This document shows positions 36,318 through 37,172 of a DNA stretch of 37,172 nt, in pieces. Both the position numbers and the translations under genes were made by a program. The notes under the pieces are model-generated. The model ran no database searches. It saw only the letters and a list, made by a program, of their open reading frames with translations, and had not been told where the DNA came from. The stretch comes from Cyanobacteria bacterium J06626_4 (lineage in GTDB: Bacteria; Cyanobacteriota; Cyanobacteriia; Phormidesmidales; Phormidesmidaceae), in the NCBI GenBank assembly GCA_038523235.1, contig JBCBJQ010000057.1:1-37172 (forward strand), in the 5' to 3' direction. Numbering within the stretch: position 1 is the first letter of the stretch; each line of letters begins with the position of its first letter.

Positions 36318-37172
36318 ATGAATCCATCTAACAACGGTTCGGATGCTCAGCTTCAGCGATCGCCGTCACAACCTATTCGCGTAGGGGTTATCGGGGTCGG
36401 CAACATGGGGCAACACCACACGCGCGTTTTGAGCCGTCTTAAGAATGTGGAGCTAATTGGGGTCTCTGATGTCAATGTCGAACTCGGGCTCGATACCGCT
36501 AGTAAATACCGGGTGCGGTTTTTTGAGGATTATCACACCCTCATCGAGCACGTCGACGCGGTCTGTGTCGCGGTTCCAACTCGTTTACACCACACTGTTG
36601 GGATGAATTGCTTGCGGGCCGGCATCCACGTGTTGATTGAAAAGCCCATTGCCGCCAACATCGCCGAGGCCGAGTCGCTGGTGAATGCGGCGGCCGAGTC
36701 TAACTGCATTCTGCAGGTGGGGCACATCGAGCGGTTCAACCCAGCTTTCAAAGAGCTGCACAATGTTTTGCGAACTGAAGAAGTGCTTGCTCTCGAAGCG
36801 CGGCGCATGAGCCCCTACTCTGACCGGGCCAATGATGTGTCAGTCGTGCTGGATCTGATGATTCACGACATTGATTTGCTGCTAGAGCTAGCGGGCTCTC
36901 CCGTCGTGAAGTTATCAGCAAGCGGCAGCCGCTCAGCCAACTCGGGTTATTTAGACTACGTCACCGCCACCTTAGGCTTTGCCAATGGAGTGGTGGCGAC
37001 GCTGACGGCTAGCAAGGTGACCCACCGCAAAATTCGCACCATTGCCGCCCACTGCCGTGATTCGTTAACCGAAGCGGACTTTCTCAACAACGAAATTTCG
37101 ATCAGACCGTCTTGCCGATAAAGCACTTGACCATAATTGGTCATGGTGTTCGCGGTCATTTGGCGATTGATC
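36318..37172 (+). CDS. Gfo/Idh/MocA-family oxidoreductase, 3'-truncated or rearranged at the window end
   Basis: VIGVGNMG, VLIEKPIA, VGHIERFNPA and DLMIHDID motifs. The stop at 37121 is created by an inverted terminal segment, and the true continuation is on the minus strand at 37100-37172. Confidence 0.92.

Larger units (their letters stand above)
1584..36363. repeat. Dispersed HIP1 octamer GCGATCGC
   Basis: Many copies across the window, e.g. 1584-1591, 1756-1763 and 32671-32678. This is a hallmark of cyanobacterial genomes. Confidence 0.95.

Noticed and set aside
35710..36327. ORFs 35710-36129 (+) and 36028-36327 (-); also 28002-28208, 26079-26285 and 15502-15934
   Set aside because: No family motifs, atypical composition and weak starts.
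36956..37159. 67-aa minus-strand ORF as an independent gene
   Set aside because: It is a chimera of the inverted oxidoreductase fragment and antisense sequence.
1..37172. CRISPR array, tRNA, rRNA, SRP RNA, prophage or a multi-gene defence island
   Set aside because: I saw no regularly spaced repeats, cloverleaf or rRNA/SRP signatures, or phage genes by eye. The nucleases and proteases are scattered among housekeeping genes and carry HIP1 sites.

Overview
This is core chromosomal DNA of a filamentous cyanobacterium, judged from the dense HIP1 GCGATCGC octamers and cyanobacterial gene families (Leptolyngbya/Nodosilinea-like is my inference). In order: the type IV pilus operon pilMNOQ with a terminator, HU, CobD, a small conserved protein, a DnaQ-like exonuclease flanked by palindromic repeats, an RluA pseudouridine synthase, a 1231-aa membrane fusion protein, a zinc-ribbon/pseudokinase/PP2C phosphatase, RluE, a small membrane protein, a HAD hydrolase plus NurA, a DXCF cyanobacteriochrome histidine kinase, a CBS-GGDEF cyclase, a Tat-exported caspase-family protease, a CPBP protease, a YbjN-like protein, an alpha/beta hydrolase, a voltage-sensor-like membrane protein, a complete ISKra4-family element with a -1 frameshift, a NYN/OST-HTH nuclease, gatB, a membrane protein and a Gfo/Idh/MocA oxidoreductase. 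The last ~73 bp are an inverted piece of that oxidoreductase gene, probably a library or assembly chimera. I found no CRISPR array, rRNA or tRNA. The best candidates for undescribed biology are the 1231-aa protein, which appears to carry both a Ser-Asp-His hydrolase and a His/Cys permuted-papain-like site, and the pore-less voltage-sensor-like protein. All calls come from reading motifs by eye; no database search was run.
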